From Jimgerdemannia flammicorona (taxonomy: Eukaryota), in contig RBNJ01000117.1 in the NCBI GenBank assembly GCA_003990765.1, forward strand, positions 1 through 40,787: a stretch of 40,787 nt of DNA, read 5' to 3'. A program made the translations under genes and the position numbers. Every line of letters begins with the position of its first letter. Position 1 is the first letter of the stretch. Of the stretch, positions 1-11,010 are shown in pieces. The notes under the pieces are model-generated. The model was not told where the DNA came from. It worked only from the letters and a program-made list of their open reading frames with translations, and made no database searches.

Positions 1-1130
1 TTTTTTATAAACTCATGTCCCATGGATTTTTATTGGAAGGAAACCTAGACTATATGTATAGGCCAAAACCCTCTCCCACCACCCACCAAGCACTGCTCCC
101 CTATTAACCTAGGCTAGCTATTGTCCAGCAGCTCGACTATGTCAGGCACAGCAGGGCTGATTAGATCTGTACCTCATTCTGCATACTATGCTCTCTCTAC
201 CACTAGGGGAAATCCAACCATATGCCAATGACCAAAAGCGCATGCCTGAGAACCCAATGTATGTACAAGGCCATGCCTGAGCCGAATAGAATAGCCCCTA
301 CCACCCCAAAGAGAATGACAGGCAAAGAAAAAACCCTCATCAAAGCACAATATAGTGGATAGGGCCTGGTTCTCCTAGTCAAGGTGAGTAAAGGACTTAC
401 ATGTGAGGTGAGAGGAAACTCTCAATACCCCACTACTCAAGCTTGCGGGCCTTAATCACATTGTCATGTCAGCTCCCAGTTCCAGTTGAGTGTAGCCAAG
501 ATGCCTGAAATAGGTAGCCTCGGGCCTCTTGACCCCCCCTGACAACTGGGGCCCAACCCTGCTGACTGTCAAAAGAAGTTGATAGTGACACCTATCACCT
601 AACTATGCTATACCAATTAAAAGGTCCCACCAAAGTAGTACCTATCCCAGTCCTGATGACCACCCCCAGCCTGGCACCCTACTGGTTCACCATTATCATT
701 CTTCCTCCTATCTGTAACAGCCATCTCCTCTCCCATCCCGACAACACCTGAAAAGCAGTCACCTATGCCAGAACCATGCTCGCCGAGAAGCTTGCCAAAG
801 CCAGAGGGCTCCACCACAGGTACCGAGGACCTGTAGGTAACCTACACTGAGCACTTGATGCCCAAGGTCAGCCGACTCCCTATATAGCCCAAGATATACC
901 AAGACAATACCTTGTTGGTGATAATAAAAGAAAGAAAGTGCCGCACTAAAATGGATATACCCCAGATGCAGCTGAAGGCACCAGAATCCATAAAAAAGTA
1001 GAGGAAGCACTGATCTAATACTGATAAAGAGGCAACTCATCACTATTGCCCTCCTCTCACCATACCCCTACAGGCACAGTAAATCAACCTGAGGTAGAGG
1101 GGGTAATAATAGGGGAAAGGGGACTCGGAA
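1..1130 (-). mobile_element. Probable 3' end of a degenerate non-LTR (LINE-like) retrotransposon
   Basis: The minus strand ends in AATAAAAA...TTTATAAAAAA at the window start. It is GC-richer than the flank, keeps several CpGs, and its broken translation has Trp/Cys-His patches reminiscent of a LINE ORF2 C-terminus. No RT motif seen; boundaries approximate. Confidence 0.4.
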
Positions 1131-1194
1131 GATCACCTATCAAACCTTGTAACTAGTAAGGTACATAGCAGAGAAAGGAGCATATTTTTGAAAT

Positions 1195-1300
1195 CTCAAT
1201 CTTTTTCAAAAACCTAACTATTATTAAAAATCTGATTTTTTTCAAAAATCTGACCTTTTTCAAAAATCTGATCTTTTTAAAAAATCTGATCTTTTCAAAA
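1195..1300. repeat. Short tandem array, ~18-19 bp unit TTTTTCAAAAATCTGA(T/C)C
   Basis: About 4-5 imperfect copies visible directly. Confidence 0.75.
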
Positions 1301-1489
1301 TAATCTTATTGAAAGATTTATTCTTTATATATCATTATCTATATCAAATCTTAAATATAGTTTACAAAGAGTATCAGTAAGATTGTTACTCAAATGAGAT
1401 TCTAATAGCTTAACAAAATCAATTAACATATAATTGAGTTACTAATTTTGACAAATCTAGTATATATTAATTCTAAGAAATATATATAT

Positions 1490-3068
1490 TGTTATATAGT
1501 AAGTATTAAGTTCTCCAAGTATATCAGATTCTCTTTAAGATATATCTCTTAGACTAACTATAAGTTTTTTATAAGTAAGTTCTATTGAAGTATCTTTCTA
1601 AGGTCTTATAGTCTTCAAACTTCTTATCTTTAAACTATTCTATTATCTCCTAAATTTGCTTGCTTGGAATTGAGTAGAAGACTGGAACTTCTGTACTTCT
1701 TGAGTAGTTGGGCACTTGAATGCTTGAGTGTTTTTAATACTTAACTACTAACTTTATTTCAAAAGAAATAAGAGGAGTATTTATATAAAATATAATTCAA
1801 TAATTGCTAAGTTATAAAACTAAATATAAATTCCAATAACCAAATAAGATATTTGAATACAGAAAACTTCAGATTATAAGTACAAATTTGAGTATCTATA
1901 TAATTGGTTATATAAGATCAGAATGCTGAAATAATTTCAATAGTTATATAAAGAACTTAGAGCAGAATGTTCAGAATCCTGAGAACTTCATCTTTGTTAC
2001 TATCATTAAGACTAGAGGTCAGAGACAGGATATCTTTGAAGAAAATAAGATTAGCAAACATTTTATCTATTTTACATATTTTGCATATATTGCACATTTT
2101 ATATATGTCAATTAGTGGAACAACATCATCATGTTTGATAGTAGTAGAGAGAGTAAGAAGATCAGAGGCTCTTTAATCTATAAGATTCTCCTCTACAAAG
2201 TAGGGGACAAAGGTATAATCTTGAGAGAGTCTAACCTGGATACTGGGGTCTTAGAATACTGAGATTAATCCTTACAGGAATTGATCTGGATTGTCCTAAA
2301 GGATGGGATTCCAGAACTCTTCTATCTTATCACTTTTGAGAGTAATGGTAGATTGAGCTTCTGTGGCCACCATAGTCTCCAGTATATATATCTGTACAAC
2401 AGGCTGACAATTTCTTAAAGTCTGAGACTCTAGTATACTCTAAGTTGGAAATTGACCAATATATATACCTGAAGATCTGATGGATTTTTTTGGCTACCCT
2501 CAATTTGCATATATTTATAGGAGTAGTATCTTATATCTCTTGAGAACTGGCCTGAGGGAATTTCTGGTAGAAGAGATTTCCTATTTCATATTTCTGTCAT
2601 ATCTAGAGATATTTGATAGTGATAGTAATCCTTATTTCCATTTTACAGCAGTAGAGGATAAAGTGATAAGAGTCACCAGTACTCAGGTTGAGGCTAGGAG
2701 TTCTTTTAGTACAGGTCCTCATAGCTCTCTTAATATCTTAGAATATCTTTTCTTAAACTGAGAAGCCTTGGTGATTCCTGGACCTTGAGGTTTAGCAGAT
2801 AGCAGGCATTTTATTTATAGTGAGTTTTTGAACTATTTCAGGATTTTGTGAGTCTTGTTTGAGTTGCTGCTACTGTAGTTCCTTAGTCCTTCTTTTATAT
2901 TTCTTGAGATGTCTATCTTGTAGTCATGATGACTTATAGTTAGTTATCATTACTCATCTTATAGTCTGGGTGAGTCATACCATATAATCTTCTTATATTC
3001 TAATCTGATAGCTTATAAGGAAAGACTGTCTTCTGTGATAATGTTACTATTCTGAGGTCACTGTTACC
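1490..3068 (-). repeat. 3' LTR of the Gypsy element
   Basis: Collinear with 9407-11010 (e.g. GTTCTCCAAGTATATCAGATTCTCT near both left ends, CTATTCTGAGGTCACT near both right ends). Minus-strand TATAAATA near 1780 and AATAAA near 1755. Confidence 0.93.
1957..2809 (-). pseudogene. Relic accessory ORF (~285 codons) inside the U3 region of the 3' LTR, unknown function
   Basis: Runs from ATG 2809 to TAA 1957 in one frame after removing a 4-nt TA slippage. Several internal stops correspond to CAA/TGG sense codons in the other LTR copy. Confidence 0.65.
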
Positions 3069-3930
3069 TCTTTCTCCTGAATAAGAATCTTCTCTTGAAT
3101 ATTTTTATTCATTGGTCTAGTCTGAAAAATTTACTGATCTCATAACCTCTGGCAGGGAGTTAAAAAGTGGTGTTTATGGGCTAATGTCTTTCTTATATAT
3201 TTTGGTATAATAGTGAAGAGTTACTTCCTTCATATAGAGCAAGGGCCTGATTCTGATCTTGACCAATCAGTTGATGGTTCAATTTCCTCTAGCTTTAAAA
3301 GTCTCATGAATAAGTAGTTGCTAGTGCCATATCCCTTAGAGAATGGTCTAGACAGATTGCTTGCTGATCACAGGATATGCTATTATGATTTGCAGACTAG
3401 AACCTCATGGGTAGTTATTATGTTTTACTTCTCTTATATAGGTTTATTGTACTTCTTGAGTCTATTTCTGTATACTATAGTAGGCAGTATAGTCTATGAG
3501 AGTTTTCTAAGCCAGAAGGTAGTTCTCTTGATATCTTGCATATAGAAGAGTCCTTCTCATTTAGGCTCTAGTTTTTATAATCATGAGATTTCTACTATAT
3601 TTTGATACAGTAGAATTTTTTCTCCAATTTGAATAAGTTCTAGAGTTTTGTAATTCTTTTCTATATTCTTCCTTATTAGTACTTGTGACTTGATGATGTA
3701 ATCTTTTACCTTCTTCCTGATTTAGTATAGTCTTCAGATTTCTGAGTCAATCTATTGTTAAGTTAGATCTAGATTTGTGGCTGAGATTCCATCAGAATCT
3801 TCTTCTCTGAAGAGTAGTTCTCTTAGGGTAAAGTTTGTACTCTGTGACTATATATCTCATAGGATAGAGAGAATAGTTGAGAGGTAGTTATCTCAATTCT
3901 TATATATATCTGAGATCTTAGCCAGAATAT

Positions 3931-4016
3931 TCTTGAGAGTCTTATTGGTTCTTTCTATCTGTCTATTTTCTTGAGAGTCTTATTGGTTCTTTCTATCTGT
4001 CTATTTTCTTGAGAGT
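3931..4016. repeat. Perfect 38-bp tandem duplication inside the integrase relic
   Basis: TCTTGAGAGTCTTATTGGTTCTTTCTATCTGTCTATTT twice plus a partial third copy. Confidence 0.9.
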
Positions 4017-6182
4017 GATATATAGTAGTCTTGATATACTGAATTTTGTATTTCTGATATATTATCTCATATAATCTATTAACAAATTCTGTGCTATAGT
4101 CTGTAGTGATTTGCCTTGGTATCTTATAGTGGCAGATGATTTCTCAATATAGGAAGTCAGTAATAGAGAGAGCATTAGCTTCTTATAATATCTCTGCTTC
4201 TATCTATTTGGTAAAGAGATCTATAATAACTATAATATAGTAGTTTCCTGATAAAGTTACTAGTAATAGTCTAATGATGTCCATTATGATGTAGTGGAAG
4301 GAGATAGGCTCAATTTTTGATGACCCAGATACCTGGTCTTGTTGATCTTATTTCTGTTTTTGGTACTTATCACATCCTTTAACAAATTGGTACAGATCTT
4401 CTTCTATCTTAGGCTACTATATAGTTCTTCCTGTCTTATCATATACATATATTTGTTCCTCTTAGGTATCCTTGTTCATATACTTTTTTCATTATTTGAT
4501 ACTTCTTATATTCAGATATGATGAGCTTTCCTCCTTTTCTGAGTGTGGTGTTGTTTAGTTCAAATTGTTTCCAAGTCTAGTTAATGATGGTAATAGTTCA
4601 GGGTTCAAGGTAGTTGAGTATCTCCCACTGCTCAAGATAGTTGATTAATCTATAATATAGCTTCTTATTCATATTGAATAGTCTTGATAGAAGTATTTTA
4701 GAGTATTTTTGAAAGTATATCAGTATTGGCATTAGTTTTTCTTGAGTAGTGTTTGATAGTACAGTCATACTCTTATAGTTTGTAGATCTATCTAGCATAT
4801 ATGTATTTCTTTGGGGTTCAGAGTGTGGAATATCCAGGTAAGAGCAGAATAGTCTGTTTGAATAGTGAAGTATTTTCTGACTAGATAGTAGTAGAACTTA
4901 TCTACTGCCCAGACTACTGCTAAGTATTCAAGCTTATATGAGTAGTTCTATTCTACTCTATGAGTACCTTGGCTTACATAAGAGATGATATATTCATATC
5001 TATCTTTCTTCTGAGCTAGTACTGCTCTAAGTCCTATAGTACTTATATTTATCTATAGGATGAACTCTAGATTCTAATCTGATCTTCTGAGAATGGGTGC
5101 TTGGGTCAATCTAGTCTTGAGTTTGTTGAAGGTTTCTTGACATTTATTGGTCTATTCAAATTTGATCTCCTTCAGTAACTCATAGATAAGTATTATAATA
5201 TTGAAGTATCCTTTGATGAATCTTCTATAGTAGGAGACCAATCCAAGGAAGACATAGACTTCTGTAGTTATTCTAAATCTTAGATAGACTACAACAGCCT
5301 CAATCTTCATAGAGTCTGTGTGAATTCCAGTCTGGTTGATGATGTGTTCTAGATAGGTAATTTTCTGAGCTATAAACTTATACTTCTTGGGCTTGATGTA
5401 GAGGCCATGCTCCTTGAGCTTCTTGAAGACTAGCTGTATGTGGTTGATATGTTTTAGTGTGATATTGCTGAAGATAATTATATAATCAACTTAGACAAAG
5501 AGTCATTTTCCAATTTCATTACTGAAGACTCTATTTATCATTCACTGAAAACTTACTGGGGTATTGTATATTCCAAATAGCATTCATAGATAGACATAGA
5601 TAGCATCAGATATAATAAAGGCTGATTTCTCACTGGTATCTTGAGTGAGACCAATCTGATGGAAGCCTGAGAATAGATCTAAGGTAGTGTAGTATTTGGC
5701 TTTAATTTCAAGGATAATAAGGATTTCTTGAATATTTGGCAAGAGCTGTCTATCCTTCTTAGTAATTGTATTGAGCTTTCTATAATCAATACAAAGTCTT
5801 AGGACAAACTCTCCAGACTTGCTTCCTTTCTTTAGAGCAAGGACAATGAGTGAAGCTCAGGGGCTGATAGCTTGCTTAATGATACTAGCTTCTTCCATTT
5901 CCTTAAATTCTACTTACAGCTATTCTTTATAGGCAGATGGTATGGTCTGGCTTTCTGGTAGATGGGCTTAGTATCACTGATGTCAACTTTATAGTAGTAC
6001 TTAGATTCTTGATTATGGATATCTCTGAAGTCTGTGACAAGTACTCCTTTATTTTAGTATAGAATCTTAAGAAGTTGTTCTTCTAGGAGAAAGTTTTCTC
6101 CAATGATATATGTGTGCTTGTTCTGGTTCTTGTCTTTCTTGTACTTGAGTTCAGTAATCTTAGTAGCAGTATAGGCTCCTCT

Positions 6183-6590
6183 TTCAGTAGATCCAAAGCC
6201 TTGTTCTTCTCTCTTAATCTTGATGAGTTCAATGGCTTCAGTGATCTTAGGCTTCTTAACTTCATAGATCCGTATCTGGCCAATCCTGTCATACTTCTTA
6301 ACTTCAAATAGGGTGATAGAGTTGTGATTCCTGACTATAAGAAAGATCTCACCAGTGTAATTAGGGTCAATAACTTCTCCTTTAACTGAGATTTCACTCT
6401 TAGCCAGACTACTCCTGATCTTGATAATTCTAGTATAGTTCTCTGGTAACTTGACTCCAATTCCAGTGCCAAGTAGAGTAGTCTGTGGTTTGAGGATAGC
6501 ATCTTAGATATTGATAAGATCTATTCCTACAGCTCCTTCAGTCTTGTATTCTGGGATCTTGGCTTTAGGGTGAAACTTCTTAACCTTGAG
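6183..6590 (-). pseudogene. dut: Trimeric dUTPase domain within pol, between protease and RT
   Basis: All five dUTPase motifs occur in order: LKVKKFHPKAKIPEYKTEGAVGIDL (I), RSSLA (II), GEVIDPNYTGEI (III), DRIGQ (IV), REEQGFGSTE (V). Confidence 0.93.
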
Positions 6591-7510
6591 AGTGATGTCT
6601 GGTTCTTATTTCTTCTTATCATTGCTATCAGCTTGAAGTTCTGAGGACTGGTCATCTTCTATAGCTTTCTTTTTTGCTTCAGCTACTTCTTACTTATATC
6701 TTTGTTGATAGATTTTACTAACTTCACTGATACAGAATCAGCAGTTATTTAGGTGTTTGGAGTAGTACATCCTAGCACTATGGGGGCATCTTCCTTAAGA
6801 GACATAGTTATCAATAATCTTTTTATACTACTACTCATCTGTGAGCTTAGTTGCCTTACTTTTGTTCTTATATACCAAGTGTATAAAGACTTCTGTATTC
6901 TCTTTATCTCCTTTCTCTATATCTAGTAGTACTTCTTTGTAGACATTGATAGAGACTTGTACCTTTCTTCCTTTATAGTTGATCTGCATCTTCTGGACAT
7001 TAAGATCAATAATAGTCTTGGCCTTATGAAGCTATTAGTTATCAATAAGGATATAATAGTTAGTGGCACTTATAATAATCATATCTATTGAGATAGTAGC
7101 TCCTCTAATCTTGATAGAGACTTCTCAGATCTTACCTAGGAGAGTAGCTTATGTATCATCTGTGGTGATATAGACCATTTTGGTAGATTATTTAATATTC
7201 CAGCCTAGGCAGTTAATTGCCTTCTTGCTCATGAGGTATCCTCCAGCACTGGTATCAATGATAGCATCAAAGATATAATCTTTAATCTAATATTAAGTAT
7301 AAGTTGAGGTCTTGTGCTAATCTTCATATTCTTTACCTGAGTCTTCTTATTTATCTTTCTATACATTATGAGCTTCTATAATCTTATATTCTTGGTTCTT
7401 GACAGTAGTTGCAAGTCTCACTCTAAACTACTATCTGAAGGCAGAGACTTCCACTAGTTGTCTATAAGTAGCATTGACCTTCTGTTCTTTGAGATCCTTA
7501 TAGATATTAT

Positions 7511-8110
7511 TTGTACTCCAAATGAGTCAATCTAGGTGGGATTTGAATCCCATCTGGATCAACTTGGATGAGATTCAAATCCCATCTGGATAGATTCGAA
7601 TCCCATTCAGATGGATTTGAATCAACCATTGTTTTGATTTCCAAATTAGACAATTAAATGTTTACATCAATAACTCGATGAATAATCATCTAAATTTGAT
7701 GATCTTAGTGTCATTTGAAAGCCCTTAATAAAGCCTTTCTAATGATACCAAGAATATTCAAATCGGATTACGCGTTGCCGAGATATTAAGGAAAACATTC
7801 TATTTGATGAAATTTTCAAAATCAGTGATTCAGATGGTTTCCTTTGTAACTCAGCAATGCATGATCCTATTTCAATGTTCCTGGTATCATTAGATAGGCC
7901 TTATTAAGGGCTTTCAAATAACACCAAGATCATCAAATTTGGATGATTATTCATTGAGTTATTGATATAAATATTTAATTGTCTAATTTGGAAATCAAAA
8001 CAATGGTTGATTTGAATCCATCTGGATGAGATTCAAATCTCATCTGAGTTGATCTAGATGGGAATCAATCTGAATCCAATTTAGATTAAATTGACTCATT
8101 ATAAGTACTA
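7511..8110. mobile_element. 600-bp non-autonomous hAT-type MITE/foldback element inserted in the Gypsy element
   Basis: Near whole-length inverted repeat with termini TTGTACTCCAAATGAGTCAA / TTGACTCATTATAAGTACTA. 8-bp TSD GATATTAT (7503-7510) / GATATCAT (8111-8118). Removing the element and one TSD restores the host frame KVHQYDIYKDLKEQKVNATY. Confidence 0.9.
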
Positions 8111-9406
8111 GATATCATACTGATGGACCTTGGTCTTGCACAGCTTCTATTCTTTCTTGCTTTCACTTTTTCCTAAGACTGAAGTAGTGCCTTCAATAAT
8201 TTGACAGACAGCTTCATCTAACTCTATGTCTTGATCAATCTCCTCAGGTTGGGTCTTACTTTGAATGGTAATAGTTGGGGTCTTTTTTGGTCTTTTAACT
8301 GGCTTGCTGTTACTCTTCTTATTATAGAGCTTGGACTAGATTCTGGTAGCTTTAGTAACAGGGTAGAATTCAGACTTCTTATAGTATTCTTTATCATCAG
8401 TATCACTAATCTCCTTAATGACTACAGCATTGGTTTGTTCTCTGGTTCTGATAGCATCACTTGGTTGAGCTCTATATCTTATTTTGATTATGCAATTCTT
8501 TATATAGTGGCCTTCTTCTCTATATTTAAAGTATATAATGATATATTCTACTATAGTAGCTACAAACTTCTACACTGGTCTCCTGTTGGTACTTTATACT
8601 TCTCTAACAACATCACTGAGGTATATAGTCATCTTGGCAAACTACTGGGTAAGTTCCTCTACTGGGTCAGCTTTGATCATCTTAGAGGTAAATGGAGATA
8701 GTTGTCTGTTGATAGCTATAGTAGATATGATACTAGTTGACTTTGATGGCTCCATTTTAATACTAGTTATTCTTTCCATTGAGTGTTTGGCAGAGTGTCT
8801 GGCAGTCTAATATCTCTATATAAAGACTACTTTCTAATCAAGAATTAGAACAGCTAGGGTAGATTAGATTACTAGGGTAATTTCATAGTAGACTCTTTTT
8901 AGAAAGGTTGAATCAGCTATCTATTCCTTGAGGGTATTATTATAGCTAGCTAAGACAGATTTGGGTGTAGAATAAGTTGGGGTCTTTATTGAGTCCTTGG
9001 TAGATAGAATTGAGTTGATCTTTGAGAGCTTACTTGATCTCTTCAATATAGTATGTAGTTCTGAGAAAGTTCTTTATATTAGTGAGTTTGGCTGCACCAT
9101 ATCAGCAATAGTGGCTATATTGAACTTATCTCTGGCAGGTCCTCTGAGGCTGACTAGTATATAAAAGGGCCAATTGTACTTCTATAATGAGAGCTTGTAT
9201 AGTAGCAAATTATTCAAAGTCTTCAATGAAGATTAGAATTGACTCTTCAGTAGTAAATCTATAGAATATGAGGGGATACATTTCTATCTTGTCTTGAATT
9301 TTTACAGGGTGACTTTTGTAGTCAGAGTAGTTGTTGTGATAATTATTCATTTTTTAGCTTGAAAGTAAGGAATCCTAATAGTATTACTAGTCAATAAGTA
9401 CCAAGT

Positions 9407-11010
9407 TGTCATATATTAGACATTAGTTCTCCAAGTATATCAGATTCTCTTCAAGGTATATCTCTTAGACCAACTATAAGTTTCTTATAAGTAAGTTCTA
9501 TTGAAGTATCTTCTCAAGGTCTTATAGTTTTCAAACTTCTTATCTTTAAACTGTTCTATTATCTCCTAGATTTGCTTGCTTGGAATTAAGTAGAGAACTA
9601 GAACTTTTATACTTCTTGAGTAGTTGGACACTTAAATGCTTGAGTGTTTTTAATACTTGACTACTGACTTTATTTCAAAAGAAATAAGAGGGGTATTTAT
9701 ATAAAATATAATTCAATAGTTACTAAGTTATAAAACTAAATATAAATTCCAATAATCAAATAAGATATTTGAACATAGAAAACTTCAGATTGTAAGTACA
9801 AATTTGAGTATCTGTATAATTAGTTGTACAAGATCAGAATGCTGGAATAATTTCAACAGTTACATAAGATCAGAATACTAGAATAATTTCAATAGTTACA
9901 TAAAAAACTTAGAGCAGAATGTTCAGAATCCTAGAGACTTTATCTTTGTCACTATTATCAAAACTAGAGATTGAAGACAGGATATCTTTGAAGAAAATGA
10001 GGTCAGTAAACATTTTATCTATTTTGTATGTTTTATATATATCATGTATTTTGTGCATATTAATTAGTGGGACAATATCCTCACTGATGATATCATCATA
10101 TTCAGTGGTGGCAGAGAGAGCAAGGAGATCAAGGGCTTTCCAATCTATGAGGTTCTCCTCTACAAAGTAGGGGACAAAAGTGGGATCTTGAGAGAGTCTA
10201 ATCTGGATACTGGGACCTTGGAATACTGAGATTAATCTTTGTAGGAATTGATCTAGATTGTCCTAGAGGATGAGATTCCAGAACTCTTCTATCTTATTAC
10301 TTTTGAGAGTGATACTTCTGTAACCACTATGGCCTCCAGTACATCTGTACAGTGGGCTGATAATTTCTTGAAGTCTGAGACTCTGATATACTCCAAGTTG
10401 GAGATTGATCAAAATATATGCCTAAAGACCTGATAGATCTTTTTGACTACTCTCAATTTGCATACATCTATAGAGGTGATATCTTATATCTCTTGGAGAC
10501 TGGTCTGAGAGAATTTTCAGTAGAGGAGATTTCCTATTTTGTATTCATATTATATCCAGAGATATTCAGTAGTGATAGTGATCCTTGTTTCTATTTCATA
10601 GTAGTAGAGAATAAGTAGTAAGGGTTACCAGTACCCAGGTTGAGGCCAGAAGTCTTTCTAGTATAAGTCCTCATGATTCTCCTGATATCTTAGAATATTC
10701 TTTCTTAAATTAGTAGTTCCTGAACCTTGAGATTTGATGAGCAGTAGGCATTTTATTTATAGTAAGTCTTTGAACTATTTTGAGATTTTTTGAGTTTTGT
10801 TTAAGTTGCTGCTACTGCAGTTCCTTAGTCCTTCTTTTATATTCTTTATGATATCTATTTTATAGTCATGATGATTCATAGTTGGTCATCATTGCTCATC
10901 TTGTAGCCTAGGTAAGTTATGCTGTATGATCTTCTTATACTCTGATCTAGTAGCTTATAAGGAAAGGCTGTCTCCTATAATGATATCACTATTCTGAGGT
11001 CACTATTACA
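9407..11010 (-). repeat. 5' LTR of the Gypsy element
   Basis: Bounded TGTCA...TTACA and collinear with 1490-3068. Carries an extra copy of a 36-bp unit near 9830-9900. Confidence 0.93.
9909..10751 (-). pseudogene. Second copy of the LTR-borne accessory ORF
   Basis: The C-terminal ~115 codons are stop-free: DNLDQFLQRLISVFQGPSIQIRLSQDPTFVPYFVEENLIDWKALDLLALS...SRILNILL*. Confidence 0.65.

Larger units (their letters stand above)
3440..9350 (-). pseudogene. Gypsy gag-pol polyprotein relic with many stop codons
   Basis: Minus-strand translation shows gag from ATG ~9350, a decayed zinc knuckle (..EEGHYIKNC, ~8490-8530) and protease IIDTSAGG (~7240-7270). RT follows (LRLCIDYRKLN, TLDLFSGFHQI, ~5400-5900), then RNase H (GLRAVLAQ, LEYLAVVWAV, ~4900-5060) and integrase core/C-terminus (~3440-4450). 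Confidence 0.93.
1490..11010 (-). mobile_element. Full-length degenerate Ty3/Gypsy LTR retrotransposon with dUTPase (gag-PR-dUTPase-RT-RH-IN)
   Basis: Direct ~1.6-kb LTRs at 1490-3068 and 9407-11010 with outer ends TGT...ACA, and ATAT(AT) on both flanks (TSD). PBS-like TGG lies 3 nt inside the 5' LTR and a purine tract AGGAGAAAGAG precedes the 3' LTR. Domain order RT-RH-IN is the Gypsy order. Confidence 0.95.

Noticed and set aside
1967-10618. Short hydrophobic plus-strand ORFs within the Gypsy element (e.g. 8231-8701, 2480-2761)
   Set aside because: They are antisense to the decayed minus-strand gag-pol and LTR ORF; hydrophobicity follows from T-rich composition. No env-like gene is supported.
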